Shown here: in pieces, positions 23,709 to 37,610 of the stretch
Numbering within the stretch: position 1 is the stretch's first letter
Layout: each line of letters begins with the position of its first letter
Position numbers and translations under genes: made by a program
Assembly (NCBI GenBank): GCA_020891255.1
Contig: BQFW01000007.1
Location: 992,001-1,056,000 of the forward strand
From: Entomortierella parvispora E1425
Lineage: Eukaryota > Fungi > Mortierellomycota
Direction: 5' to 3'
Length of the DNA: 64,000 bases
Notes under the pieces: generated by a model
What the model saw: the letters and a program-made list of their open reading frames with translations, nothing else
Told to the model about the DNA's origin: nothing
Databases searched by the model: none

Positions 23709-26700
23709 TTGACCACCCCCACCCCCATGCATCTCCCTAGCTATGCTGGCATGCCCAGCTTCATCCACCTAGGGGACACTGACCCTCACCAGCATCCTAT
23801 GAAGACCTTTAGGAAGCAAAAGGATCGGAAGCAGCCCTCATCTTCATCTGTCACCCAACCTCGATCCACTCACCCGAGTCCTCGTCTTCCTCGAGACAGT
23901 GACGCTCGTTTTGCTTCTTCCTCTTCTACCACTGCCTCCCCTCCTTCGTTGCTGAAAAAGTCTTTTATCTCCAGGAGCCCACATTTCCACCCCAATGCCC
24001 GTACTTCCTCTCAGAAACGACACGGCCGTTCCGCAGCCTCAAGAGTGAGAGGGAAGCACGGTGCTGTCAAAGCTGCCGCCAGCCATCGTCGATATAGTCA
24101 TCCCCAGTCCCGGTCTGACAATGTCAACAGCCCTAACAGTATGAATGAGCACAGCACCCGATCCTCGAAACTCAGGTCGTACATGCAGCAGCGCCGACTT
24201 CGCCTTCGACGACGACTTTCAGGACAGCAGGATCTTGTTTCCTCCTCTGACGCCTCGTCCTTGGACGGTGGGGACCACATTGATCCTGCAGGCAACAATA
24301 TCAACATGGAGGGTCTCGTGGACCCTTTCATGAGCCCAGAGCAGTATCGAGAATACATGTGGAAGCTCGAACAGCGACTCTGGGAGAGGACTCAATCCGC
24401 TGCCAAGAGTCGAACCGAGTTCCTGATGGAGCGTCGTCTCTCAGCCTCTGAGCGATTTGGTCATGTTCAACGGGTGGTTTTGCAACGACAACAGGAACAA
24501 GAGCAACATCGACGCAAGGTCAGAGAGGAGCTGGATCAAAAGATGAAGCGAGCCGTAGCCCGCAAAGCAGCGTTTCTGGAGGCAGCGATTGAGAACGATC
24601 CCTCAAGACGTTTCCGTCGCAGAAGCAGCAGCGGTGCTGGATCTTCTTCTGACAGTGGCACTAAAACCGATGACAACAACAAGGGCAAATCTCTGTCCTC
24701 TGGTGCCAAAGACCTGAAGGTCGAAGGAGGATCGACTAAAAATAGCGGGGTCGTCATGGAGAAGGACATGACCAAGAGACCAAAAGAAGGAGCAAAAGGC
24801 AGCGGGGAAGAGGCAGCACGAGCAGCAGCAGGAGCAGCAGCCGCAGACCACTTGATATCGAAGGATACGACAACAAAGGATACTTCAGCTGCGAGACCAG
24901 CTGGTGCACATGTGAACACGATTACGAAAAAGACGACCACCACGGGAGCAACAGGCGCGATCACAATTCGTAAGGATGATCTGGCTAGAGATGCGGCCAT
25001 TCTGCAGGATAGCGACAGAGGACAGAACAATGACACCATTGGCAGTTCTGTCAACGCATCTGCTTCAGAGTCCGAGACGCGTGAGGTTGTGTATACGACC
25101 GAGGCCTGGCAGCGGACATTGCTCAGGAACCACTTTACGAGTCTCCGGGGCATGCTGATGGTGTTTGCGCTCCATTTTAGCGAGAACTACTTTAAGGCAT
25201 GCGGGTTCGACAAGGCAGTAGCGTATCTGCGCGAGGTCCAGACGGAGGCCATTGACGAGGTGATCTGCCGACTGTCGGACTGCAGCGACCAGTTCCGGGG
25301 CTCGTACGAGAAGCAAAAGAAGAACTGCGTGCGCGTGTTCCTAAGCGCGTACATGGTAGTGCACTACCCAAACGACATCCGAACAGGGCCTGCGGAGGTA
25401 AGGACAAACAAAGAACAGAGATCCAAAGGGAGAAGCAGAGCAAGAAAGGCAACAAAGAAAAGAGAAAAGAAAAAAAAGCCCGATTAATAATGCGACCGAG
25501 AACAGACAGTGACTGCAGACCGCAAAGGAGTTCAAGGACACAGGGGTCGGAGTGAAGGACACGAAAGAAAAACAGAGAAAAAAACACGACTAACGACCTT
25601 TCTTCTTTTTTCTTTTTTCTTTTTTCATTTCCTCATTCTCTCTCTCTCCTCTCTCCATCCTCTCTCATCCCCATTCACATGGACCCTTCGCCCAATCCCA
25701 TTCTTCCTCACCCACAACCACAACCACAGCTGCCAAATGAGACCGGTGCATCCCTACACGACGATTCGTTCGCTGAACTGGACAATGCAGCAAAGGCATT
25801 CCTCGACGCATTGAAGACATGGGTCGAGCTAGACGAGTCCAAGATCGCTCAGGACCGACCCGCAGACCACCCCGCCTCTCCTACCTCTCCTGCCCAGTCC
25901 ACCGCCTCTGGAGACACCCTGGACAGCTGCGATGTTAATGACTGGCGAAACGTTGCTTTCAAGAGAAACTTTGAACAGGCCTGGCACAGGTACTACAACA
26001 TGTTCAATACGTGGAAGGCGCAGGATGCCAGTCGACTGGTTGCCACCATTGTCAAGCATGCGCAGGAGATCATGGCCATATGGCAATCTATCCGTGGCAA
26101 CCCAGAGACTCAGCGCGAGTGGGAGCCCAAGATCGAGTCTCAAAGACGAGACCTTACAAGGAAAGCCGTGCAGCTAGAGGGACGACAGGGAGAAGACAAG
26201 ATCAACGCTGTCTTTGGGGAATTCGTCCAAAATACCGTACGCCAGCCTAGACCCATCGCCCCTAAACCTGTTGCAACAAAGTCTAGCGGACAAGGAACAT
26301 CATCAACAGCACTAGCTCCTACACCTGCGCCTGTTGCAGAAGCCATGGATGTGACAGAATCGACAAATACTGCCGAGTCAATGGAAGGCATTGTCACCGT
26401 GGACTCGACGGTAGCTATGGATACCCAGTCGACAGAAGTGACGCCTGGACAACCCGTGACTGGCGCCAAGAAGAGGCAGCGCAAGCCGTCCGTTGCCAAG
26501 AAAGTCAAGGACATCGCCAACGAGAATGGAACTCCCGAGTCATCCGCCGCCTCCGTTGCCGATAGCACAGAGGACACCCCTCAGACAAAGAAGCCGACAT
26601 TGGACAAACCCATCAAGAAAACCAGTCAACAAATCTCATCTGAATTCATATCGGGTGTCAAACCGCCTGCCCAATGGACTAATCTTCAGCTACTCCATGA

Positions 26701-29221
26701 GCTGTGTCTGGATCCAAAGTTCAAGATTGAGCCAAAGCGACCTCATGCAGGAGGTGGACCAGGATCAGATTTGGCCGGCGGAGAAGGTGGGCCTAGTCAA
26801 AGCTTGGAGGGACGCATTCGGGCTATGGCAACCAAGGCCTATTTCGACAAGATCCGGGAGGATGTGGACAATGGGATGTTGAACAAATGGATTACACCCT
26901 TACTTACGACGATTCGACAACAGCTGTTGGACATGGTCTCGCCTGGTTCAGATTTCGCTCGTCAGATCGAGGATTCGCTGGATCTGGATTTTGTTCAGCA
27001 GCAGGTGGATCAGAACTCTTATGATGTTCACAAAGCGCTCTCCAATGTACTGGAATGGATGGGAAAGTTGTGTGCTCCTATCCGGGACCCGGCTTTGAGA
27101 CGGATCAAATTGGATCTCAAGTCTGTGCAACAATCTGGCGACTCATCCTCATCTCATCCAAAGGGGCCTTCCACAGCGACATCGCCTACTCCAAAGGACA
27201 TTGTCAGCGTCTTGAGATCTACCCTGGAGCTACTGGATGAGATGCTGATGGACATTGCGAACTACAGACTGACGATTGCTCGACCAAGTTTGGAGAAGCA
27301 AGCGATCCCATATGAGCAGGGTGCATTTGGCGAGTCTTTGGAAAAGGGCGAAACATCTCTAGAGAAGACAATGGCTTGGCTACAGGAATCCGCGTCAAAG
27401 TACTCTAGACAATCTCCGCCTGTCTCCACCACCCCAGAACCCACACCCACACCTGGTAGAGTTCGCGAGAAGCTCAACATGCAGACCAGCCGCTATTTTG
27501 AGATTTTTGTGAACGCAGTTTTGGACATGCTCTTTGGACAGGAAGCATTGGATCGGTACAAGAATTTCCCAGAGACGTTTTATTTGGATCAGACCCGACT
27601 GAGTCGATACCAGAATGAGATCCAGGCTATCTCTATGGTTGCAATCTTGATGAACCTTTCCAACAATGTTCAGCCAACGTTGCCTGAGAAAGATCAGGCC
27701 GAACTTCAGACTCAGTTGTTCAAGTTGCTGGAGGCGAGCAGTACTAGAGCGGAAACATTGGCAGAGACGATCATTGAGGCTAAGGAAAAGGCACTCCTGA
27801 AGACATCTGCAGTTACGTCGCCGATTCGACGTGTTTCTATCGGAGCTGGGGATCCATCCGCAGGAGCAGCTTCAGATGTGACATCAACCGCGGCTCAGTT
27901 CTTGCTGTCGGACGAGCAAAAGAATTACCTCCAAAACTCCATCAAGAGTGCCATGTCGTTCGAGTCGAATCTCTTTGCTGTTTTATCTCAGCGTCTGCGC
28001 CAGGTCATGGAGAGCTTTATCCTTTTGCCTCTCCCTGGCCCAAAGTCGGCTTTGCATCCAGCTCTGGAACCTCGAGTGCTGGCCAAGGTCGGGTTGGGAA
28101 CTTTGAGCGACGAGATTGAAAAAGTAGGGAGACCGGTCCGGTTCTTGATCAAGTACAATGCTCAGGTTTACAGGAAATGGTACGATTCCATCTTGCGTGA
28201 AATCACTTCTGAAAAGACCGCAGCGACTTCAACGCCTTTGCCGCCATCACCATTGCCGAGAAATGCGGTTGCAGAGCAGGCTGCAGCTCCTTCAGTGCCT
28301 TCACCGTCATCACCGGTATTGTCCGAGAGGGCTCCAGAGCCAATCGTAGTCCCTTCATCGCCATTGTTGACAGAAGCAGTAGCCACGGAAACTGAAGTCT
28401 CTTCTTCGCCGTCGTTGACAGAAGCAGCGGTTGAGAATCCTGTTGCCCCATCATCACCGTTATTGACAGAGGCTTCTGACGAGCAGTCTGCAGCTATCCC
28501 GTCGCCAATACTGCCCTCAGCGCTAATGGCTGAGGCGGCTGCTGAGCAACCTGTGGTGTCCTCGTCGCCCGAGCCCCCAGTGCCTCAGTTGAATGATATA
28601 GACATTGAGCCAGTGGATGTTGCTTCAGCGCCGGCACTATCGTCGTCTTCATGGGGCGATATGGGTGAGGATCAGGCTGTTGCTCCCTCAGCAGCTTCAC
28701 CGCCATCGCTCGCGTCGACTGAGGCTGCTCCGGAACAAGTTGTAGCCCCCTCGTCGCCTACTCCGTCATCTCCGCTGTTGGCCGAGGTGTCTGCTGAGCA
28801 ACCCAAGGTCCTTTCACCGCCGCCGCCGTCCTCGTTGTATGATATGGATGTGGATGTTGAGCAAATTGAAGCTGCTTCAACGCCGGTACCTCCATCACCC
28901 TTGTTGTCTGACACAACAGCAGAGCAGTGTGAGGTCTCCTTGTCGCCTTTGTTGACCGAAACAACTGCTGAACAGCCTGAGGCTTCCTCGTCGACCCAAT
29001 CGCCCACGCCTGTGTTGAGCCCTGTCAAAGTTGAGAAGGCAGGGGCCTCCACATCTCCATCGTCGCCTTCGTCATCGTCATCGTCCTTGTCGCCCCCACC
29101 TTCGTCTGAAGGTGATTCCCCTGCTGCAATGGATGTATCCACTCCCAAACCGGAGGTCAATGACGAGACCCTGGAACCATCTTCAAGACTTCAAAGCGAA
29201 GGATCTTTGGGACCTCAGTAG
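23709..29221 (+). CDS. TCP11/Sok1 family protein with long disordered termini
   Basis: VRVFLSAYMV (exon 1, donor at 25398), QLLHELCLDP, KAYFD, LCAPIRD, MLMDIANY and FPETFYLDQTRL are typical TCP11 motifs. The second-exon acceptor is not fixed exactly. Confidence 0.82.
28230..29110 (+). repeat. Degenerate ~57-bp coding tandem repeat (SSPLLTEAxxEQ units) in the TCP11 tail
   Basis: Recurrent tcnccNttgttgacNgaNgc units, e.g. at 28337-28357, 28388-28408 and 28454-28474. Confidence 0.7.
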
Positions 29222-29604
29222 TCGTAAATAGAAAAGCAGTGTAAATATGATTAATTGTCACAAACACGGCCCGTTTTTTTTTAATTAGATGTTTGTTGGG
29301 AGGCAAGGTAGAAGATGGGGTTGTGTGTTTTTACAGAGAGAGGGAGAGGAAGAAGAAAGATGACGGGGGAGAGAAAAGACCGGAAACCGTATAGTACAAG
29401 ACTGCGATGATGAATAAAATGAGAAATGAATGATAAAATGGTACAAGGGGGTACAAGGTGCAAAACTGAAGATAGAAGAGAGAAAGAGAGAGAGAAAAAA
29501 AAAGACGATGGTCGACAAATGAAAAAAAAAAGAAACAAAAATGATGTTGGCTGGATGCAAACAGCAGGAATGGGAAACAAAGAGAGAGAGGGAAATGCAT
29601 CTGT

Positions 29605-32600
29605 CTACAGGTAGATCTCCTTCACATCGTTGGCGCCAAAGATGTCTCGACAGGTTGGGCACTTCCGCTGCCGAATCTCAATCAGTTTGTCAAGGCACGC
29701 CTTGCAGAAGACGTGCATACACCTAGTAATTACATGCGACTTGAAGTTCACATCGCAAGCAGGACATTTGAGCAGCTTCAGATAACTTTCGGCTTGTTTG
29801 GAGGCGTCTGAATGTTGCATGGAGCTCGCCTCTGCCTTGGCGTGTTCCTGAATCTTGCGCTTCATCGACTCTGTTTCCTCGAAAAGACGTTTGCGAGCAT
29901 GGGTCTCGTTCTCATAGGCCGCAGTGCGGTCACGCAACATCCCCTGTAGCTCTGCAAGTCTCTCTTGTTGGCGAGAGCACTTTTCTTTGAAACTAGAATT
30001 TTGTCGCTCAAACTCCTGAAGTTCATTCTTGTGAATGGCAACAATCTCGCTCCAACTCGCTTGCGCGCGCTCCAACTTCGTCTAATACATGCAGATGGTC
30101 CAAAGTCATAATTAGAATACCATTCCATATGTTCTTTGAGTTCAATACCAAGACCATGTCGATCATTTCCTTACCGCCTGCATTTTGAGATTTTTCTCTC
30201 GTTCTTCCAAGCTTCGGATCCGATCCCGTTGCATATCAGATTGGCGTTTCATTACAGCAGCCAAGTTGGCGCTCGCATCCTTTGCGCGAATCAGCAGACT
30301 GCACTTGGACTCTTGCTTTGTCTTGTCCGAGAGCAACTTGTAAATCAAGTCTTCCTTTTGTGCAAGGTCGATCACCTTACGAGACGTCTCTTCTCGAAGT
30401 TTATCCCACTCTGTCGCTACCGTTTCAAGTTCACTCAACAATGGCGCTTGAACCGTCTCCAGAGCCTGCACCTTTTGCTCGAGTTGCTGGATACGCTCGG
30501 CTTGAGTCTTGATGGTCTTCATCAATGTCTTCACAGGATCCTCTCCCGATGGTCCGACGAGCCTTTGGAGCTTGGTGAGTTTGGCTGTAAGGTCGATGCT
30601 CTCTGCCTTTAAGCGATATTCTGAGACGGTCACTCCAAAGAGGCTCTGCAGCTCTGAGCTCGCTTCTTTTGTTGCCTCCAATTCAGTAGTCAGGTCCTTA
30701 ATCTGAGCCTCTGAGACTTTGAGCTTTTCCTCAAGGTGATCCAAATATGATTTGTCGGTAGGTCCGCTGAGGTAAAAAGCGAAAGCATCTTTGTCATCAG
30801 TCTTTGCAGCAAGCATAGTCTTCAGACGTTGAATATCAGTTGCCAGGGTGGCGATGCGATCCTGTTAATATAAACGAGAAAATGTTAGGTAAAGCACTGG
30901 GAATCAAGATGATTTTCAAGACGTTTTCGCCAGCTGCATCAGGTTACCTTCCGAGTATTGGCAATTTTCCGAATCTCCTGGTTTTGCTGCATCTCATAGT
31001 CGTCCATAGTGCACCGCGCCTCATACATTTGCTGATATCGATCGCGACTATATCGCAGGCCGGAAATTTCATTTTCCTGCTTCTTTAGTTCCTCCTCCAG
31101 AGCCACCCGCCGACTCTTCTCCTCGCTTTCCAGTTTGTCCATGAAGTCACGTCGAGTCAAATGAAGCTCATCAAGATCGGATCTCAGTTTTGTTGCCTCG
31201 TTACGGTAGTGCTCCGCCTCATTCTGAATATACTGCATCCGCGAAAGCAAGGATTTTACGATATGTGAATCCTGAGCCATACTATCGGGAACGTAGTTGA
31301 CCTGAATGCGAAGTTGATCCAATGTGTTCCTTTGCTGAATTCGCTCCAACTTTAGTTGCTCCAGCTCCGACAGCCGGGACACTGCCAGCTCACGATACTG
31401 CAGGAGCTCGTCCCTTGAAGCATCATGGACCTCGCTCTTTACCTGAACGGCATTGACACTAGACCCTGATGGAACTGCGGTAGCGGTGGGTGCTGCACCA
31501 TAATTCTCTCCAAAGACAGATCCAGAGGTGACAGCAGAGACAAGAGCACTCTTTTCACGATCCAAGCTTTTTTCCACTTTTCGCAGTTTTTCCTTGGCGT
31601 CGTCTACATGCTCAGCCGTCTCTTCCAATCGGATCTTTGTGACCTGAAGTTCGCTTCGAAGTCTCGTCATTTGTTCCGTGAAGCCAAGGCATTTTGATTG
31701 CAGCTGGTCGAGATCCGTCTGTCTTTTTCTGTAGAGCGCAGTGATCTGGTTGTGCTCGTCGGTAAGAGTTTGAATAACCATACTTTCTTTCGTAAGAGGA
31801 TCTAAATGGTTTCATATATCAAGTTATTATCAATAGATCAATAGACCTGACCCAGAGAGAATGCAGCTGAATATGCAGGATCCATGGCTTACCAGCGTCT
31901 TTCACGGTGCTCCATAAGGTGTCGCGCTTGGCGTACCAATCGTCCATTATCCGAAACAATCTTACAACAATATCCTTGGTGTACGCTGCATGAGCTTCCA
32001 ATGCCGGCTTGAGAGCGTCAGCTGTTAATTCCTTAAAGTCGTGCAATTGATCAGCCGCTGAAGGTCCGTTCAACAGAAATGTGGCAAAGTTTGTACCATC
32101 TACATTATGAAATATTACTTGTTAAATTGAGCTTTAAAGAAAAAGTACAGAAACAAGCCAGCAACACAGAGAAAATTACCATCTAGAATCAAATCTTTTG
32201 CTTCTACAGAGACATCAACTCTTGACATGAGCATGGTGAGATCTTGTAAAAGCTACAAGTTGGAGATAGGATGTTAATCATTGCTCCTTAGTTGAAAAGT
32301 GGTGGCGACATTATCAATATGATATTTGATGACATACTGTGCTCCAATAGATGTTGATGGTGCTGAGATGTGATTCATAATCCACTTGTTTATCCTGGAG
32401 CTTGGAAATCTGCTCCTGTGCTCTAGCGAACTCGCGCTTGTATCCCTGCATTTGTTGCCAGATTACTTCTCTTTGGACATTAGACAGTGCATCCTATTGG
32501 TGCAAAAGACAAGAAAAAGAAAAACAAGAAGTCAGAGGTGATTCGTGGCTCTGAACAGACAACCGCGGCGATAAACAGTAAACAGCCGGAGAGCCTGGAA

Positions 32601-33042
32601 ATGAAAACATTTGCCCAAAAATGTCCTGCCACCCATTTTGCGATAACGACAAAGAAATAATCCAGCCCAACGGAATTGTAAAGTCCCAGGTTGAACTGGA
32701 GGTGTTGGGATGTTGGTGGTATTTGGCGAACTCATTGTATATTGTTGTAGGGTCATCAATGACCACAGCTGGTCAAGATATTCCCTAGTGAAAATGATCC
32801 TTGAACCAACATTGCATTTTGTCGGCAAGCCATACCTCGTTCGTTGTTGTTGGCAAAATAGTATCCACGGGAGCTTGAATATGGAAGTCTGAGATGGGTA
32901 CAGCCATTGGGACGTCGCCATTGGCCCAATAACTTGAGGAGCCATGGCCGACTGATCCAGAAACAATTGGCATGGTTTGAATGGGCAGCCCAGCAGCGTC
33001 TTCTGTAAGCCTGCGCTTACGGATTCTGCTTCTGTCTTCCAT
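29605..33042 (-). CDS. BRE1: E3 ubiquitin ligase Bre1 (H2B ubiquitination), multi-exon
   Basis: N-terminal QREVIWQQMQGYKRE, long coiled coils and a C-terminal C3HC4 RING (CPAC...CMHVFCKAC...RQRKCPTC...DVKEIYL). Confidence 0.92.
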
Positions 33043-33599
33043 AGAAGCGGCTACACGATCCTTCGAAGGGCTTATGGTGGAAAACTAGCGGTGAGCGATT
33101 GGGGGGAGAGGGTGTGCGTAGGGTACTGATCACGGTAAGAGATGCCGCTTGAAGAGGAAGGATGCGCAGTGGACGAGACGAATCAGTCAAGGAAGAGGGA
33201 TCTAGACATGAAGATGGACGAGATTATGATTAGATGGTAAGCCGAGGACCGACTCTAGATGGCAAACGGCAAACATGTTTACCTTGTAAAATGGAAGTCA
33301 AAGGGAAGGAAAAGAGGATAGGCGGTGAATGATTTCAATCAATGAAGGGTCTTTTGTTGCAGCAGCCAAGGTGTCAACATGGCACCGGCTGGCTGGCTGG
33401 CTGGTTGGCTGGGACTTCTTGTCTGACAGCCTGGCGATCAGGTTACATGTGCGAAAATAGATGCGGTGACGTGACATGGACAGGATTTAACGGTCCTCTA
33501 TTTCCTCGCCACTTTGCGAGAATTGGTGGCGTCTCTATTTTCATCTGCCCAACTGCTCTCTGCCACCTCTGCCTCCTATCAAACTGAGGTCGAAAGCAC

Positions 33600-33780
33600 C
33601 TATTATAGTTTAGCTCTTTAAGAGTAAGATGAATTTTCATGTAAACAGATATAATTTAATAAAAATATAAATTAAATATCAACTTTTAAAAAACTATCTA
33701 TATAAGAAAAATATTCTATATAATTAACTATACTGAATCTGGCTTATAAAAATCTAAGACACCCAACACACTTTTTATTA
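33600..33780. other. Extremely AT-rich island in the BRE1-MTD1 divergent intergenic region
   Basis: About 150 bp of near-pure A/T (e.g. atataatttaataaaaatataaattaaatatc) against roughly 50% GC flanks. Confidence 0.6.
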
Positions 33781-34431
33781 TTACAACCACTGCCCTGCCG
33801 CACAGGACGCACTCATCCTGTCAACAAGAGGTAAGGGAGAGGATGCCCACCTTACGCAGCTCTTGGCTAAGGTATTATTTTTTTTATTCCCAATAACATT
33901 GTTGTCTCCAGTCGGCGCGCGAGTCTTTCTCCTCACAGATTCCAGGCATCCATTCCTCTCAGTTGAGAAAACAGAAACTAGAAAATAATTCAGTACTAGA
34001 ACCCGTCGCTGATCCTGTTCATAGAAGGATCCAAGACAAACTGAAGGGCACCAGCGGGACACATTGGCACACTCCCACGAACTGAGCAGGTCAATAAAAC
34101 GAAATCCACCTCCCGACAGAGACCGCGGACCACAGAGCAACCAGCCAGCAGCAAGGGAGTCATCGATGATAAGCTTCTTGCCCCTAAAAAGGACAGGCGA
34201 GGCTGCCGAGGGGTCGGTCTCCCAAGACGCACGGCGTCGCGGTCTGAAAATTTTTGCGGGGTAAGAGTTCAGATTTCACGGGCAGATTGATGGACTGGCT
34301 CGAGATGCCTATATCTGTGTGTGGACGAGGCTCTGTCTGTTTTTGCAGTCTTTCTTTCCTTTTTCTTCTTCTGATCAGAATCACTCTACTCCCCACTCCC
34401 CACCCCTCCCTTCTCATTCCACACCGCTACC

Positions 34432-35703
34432 ATGTCCTGCAAAGTTGTGCTCGCTCAAAGCATCTCGGCCTCGTACAGGTAATTCCTCATTCCTCATGCT
34501 GGTGGCTCATTCGCTGCCAAAGACGAATGACTCTCTACAAATGGACCTTGGCAACTGATCAACGACTTCTCGCCTGGACAATAGAGAGGAACTCAAGAAC
34601 ACCATCAAGAGCCGCAACATTTGCCCCAAGCTGGTCGGATTCCTCGCCAACGATGACCCTGCTGCCGCAAAGTACGCTGAGTGGACTGCAAAGACCTGCG
34701 CCGAGTCCGGCGTCGAGTTTGAGCTTCGCAAGTGCTCCCGTAACGATCTCGAGAACAAGATCGTCGAGGCGAACCAGGATGCTGGTGTCAATGGAATCAT
34801 GGTCTACTACCCCGTCTTTGGGGATCGTCAGGTAACAATTGATCGCAGGAAATAAGCGGCCCTGTTCCTTTGTGTCCGATCATTATTGACAGGCAATGGG
34901 TCATTTTTTGATTTGGTGGCAATCCAACCACTCACACTTTTGCGCTGCTCTCTTATCTTTCCTACAGGATCAATATCTCCAGAACGTCGTGGATGTGAGC
35001 AAGGATGTCGAGGGTCTTCACCACAAGTACGTCTACAACATGTACCACAACATCCGTTTCCTGGACGAGGCCAAGACGAAAAAGTGCATTATCCCCTGCA
35101 CGCCCTTGGGATTGGTCAAGGTCATGGAATATGTCGGAGTCTATAACGGAATTCTCCCTCACGGAAACCGCCTGCACGGAAGAGTTGTCACTATCATCAA
35201 CCGTTCCGAGATTGTTGGACGTCCCCTTGCTGCCCTTTTGGCCAATGATGGTGCCAAGGTTTACTCTGTTGATATTAACGGAATCCAAGAATTCCACCGT
35301 GGTGTCGGTCTCAAGCTCATGAAGCACGAGGTAACGAAAGGAAAAGTGCTATCTCTTCAAACGGGAAACTCTCTAATGCTGCAGCTACGTTGCGTTCTAA
35401 CCATTATTTTAATGTCCAAACCAGGTTTCTGAGACTACATTGAAGGTCGAGGACGTTCTCCCCCTCTCTGATGTTGTCATCACTGGTGTTCCTTCGCCCG
35501 CCTACAAGGTTCCCTCGCATTTGATTCGCGATGGAGCTGTTTGCATCAACTTTTCTACCTTCAAGAACTTTGATGGCGATGAGATCAAAAAGAAGGCTGC
35601 CATCTATGTTCCAGCCGTTGGAAAGGTCACGGTCGCAATGTTGGAGCGTAACTTGGTCCGTCTGTACGACTACCAGGCTCAGGACCGTGCCACTGTCGCA
35701 TAG
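34432..35703 (+). CDS. MTD1: NAD-dependent methylenetetrahydrofolate dehydrogenase, 4 exons
   Basis: LVGFLANDDPAAAKYAEWT, GIMVYYPVF, KDVEGLHH, IIPCTPL, INRSEIVGRPLAALLANDGA and GKVTVAMLERNL. Confidence 0.93.
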
Positions 35704-35833
35704 ACGGTCGACACTTGCTCTCGCTCAACCCCACTCTTATCCAACTTCGCATTTTATATACACCATATCCGCATTTTCGCACAATTGTTTTCATATTTCT
35801 GGTCCTGATAGAAGGCAGGATCCAACAAAAATA

Positions 35834-35861
35834 GAGACCATGCCAAAAACATCCATACCTC
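35834..35861 (+). repeat. Left terminal inverted repeat
   Basis: gagaccatgccaaaaacatccatacctc, preceded by TA. Confidence 0.88.
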
Positions 35862-35985
35862 TGATTTGAATGTCCGGTTTCATATGGATCTCCACCCCTT
35901 AATAAAAGTTATGACTTTTCGCGCACTCAAGGGGAGAAAGGGACGCCACTCAGCTCTCTGGAGATGCAACTCCCATCTCTCTACC

Positions 35986-37455
35986 ATGTCGGATCCTCGA
36001 TTTAAACGGAATGCAGCACGACTGACTCGTAATGAATACTGCATTCTGGCGAACGTCCAAAGCTACTTGAATGGGACTGGGGCCTTCCACGAGCACCGTG
36101 GCAAAGTCACCGCCCGCAAGCGTCTTGCCCTCATAACTGGGATCGGTTCAGATACGGCGCGGAAAGCTATTCAGTTTTATAACGGCGTGGGGGAGGTTTC
36201 GGAGAAACGCATTGGTCGACCAAAACACATCATTGAGACTGACTTGGGCGCAGCCATTCGAGAATTTGTGTTGGCATGCAACAAAGATGGAGTGCCTGTG
36301 ACAACGAATCTAGTTTTGAAGGAGCTGCGGGAAAAACACGGTATCGTTTTCGCGAAGCGAACCTTGGTCCGTCGATTAAAACGGCTAGGTCTTCATTACG
36401 GCAAAGGAAGCAGGAGGAATATCCTCCATGACTCCCAAGCGGTGATCGACTATCGTGATGTTTACATCGAGCGTCGCCTCTCGAATCTGAACCCCAAGGG
36501 TCTTCCAATTGTTCCTGAGGTGTTCCTTGATGAGTCATATTGTCATCTAGACCATCACAGTCTTCGGACATGGTTGCCTTCTGGAGGCTCTGTCAATGAG
36601 CGAGGACGAAAGCCAATGCTTGTCATTTTCGGTGCATTCGTGGTATTCCGAGTTGACAACAAGCTCAGGGCAGAGCTCGTCAAGAAAAGCATCCTCATCT
36701 GGCCGGTCAAGGGTCAATTGCGTGGTCGAGAGGGTGGACGTGCCGCAGACAACGAGCTATGGAAGACTGTTCCTGATTTTGTCCGAGAGGCGGGTATTGC
36801 CCCTGACTACCATGACTACCACGGTAACTTTGATGCGGATCTGTTTGAGCGATTGTTTGAGGCTCTGTGCACAACACTCCATGAAGACTATGGGCCTTGT
36901 CACATTCACATGGATGGCGCCAAGTACCATGTCCGCGAAGAGAATCCAGTACCGAAAGCAAGCTCCTGTGTGAGAGATATCCATTCGTGGTTCGAAAAGA
37001 ATGGCATAGAGCTACCAACAAATGACCGGGGCAAGATCAAGTCTAGACTCGAGCTTCTTGAGCACATCAAAGGTCTCAACATCCCCAAGACCTTTGCTTC
37101 ATACCGAATTGCACACGAATACGGACACACCATTTGCAAGACACCTCCGTATCATTGCGAGCTACAGCCGATTGAAATGGTCTGGGGAATGGTCAAGAAC
37201 CCAATTGCAGCCAATCCTAACTTGGACGAGACTGAGCTGTCACTGCGAAACCGCCTTTTGGGACTCTTCGCTGGCATTCAGGAGTCACAGCTTATTGCTG
37301 TTTGGAAAAAGACTGTCCAGGTTGGGAGGGACTATCGGATTCTCTACGAAAGACGACTCGAAAACAATGAAAACTACAGTGAAAGTGACGATGATGACCG
37401 CGAATTTGATAGTGACACAGACAACAGTGAAATTTCTAGTGACGAGGAGGCATAG
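35986..37455 (+). CDS. DDE transposase (489 aa from the ATG at 35986)
   Basis: N-terminal HTH-like region; catalytic VFLDESY, HMDGAKYH and TPPYHCELQPIEMVW. 86 residues counted between the second D and E. Acidic C-terminal tail. Confidence 0.9.
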   Translation: MSDPRFKRNAARLTRNEYCILANVQSYLNGTGAFHEHRGKVTARKRLALITGIGSDTARKAIQFYNGVGEVSEKRIGRPKHIIETDLGAAIREFVLACNKDGVPVTTNLVLKELREKHGIVFAKRTLVRRLKRLGLHYGKGSRRNILHDSQAVIDYRDVYIERRLSNLNPKGLPIVPEVFLDESYCHLDHHSLRTWLPSGGSVNERGRKPMLVIFGAFVVFRVDNKLRAELVKKSILIWPVKGQLRGREGGRAADNELWKTVPDFVREAGIAPDYHDYHGNFDADLFERLFEALCTTLHEDYGPCHIHMDGAKYHVREENPVPKASSCVRDIHSWFEKNGIELPTNDRGKIKSRLELLEHIKGLNIPKTFASYRIAHEYGHTICKTPPYHCELQPIEMVWGMVKNPIAANPNLDETELSLRNRLLGLFAGIQESQLIAVWKKTVQVGRDYRILYERRLENNENYSESDDDDREFDSDTDNSEISSDEEA

Positions 37456-37610
37456 TATTTTCTATTTTTTTTCAGTACCATTGTTCTCAGTAGACATGAC
37501 CCCAGTGAGTCCAGTCCATCATGGAACATCGTTTAGAGTCAATGAAGTTTTTAAAATCAGAAGAGAATAGAAAAAAAAAAGGCAGAGGGGTGTGAGAATT
37601 TAGGTTTTGT

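Noticed and set aside
32494-32835. 90-144-aa ORFs inside the ~340-nt first BRE1 intron
   Set aside because: No recognisable motifs, and BRE1 reads correctly when the region is spliced out.
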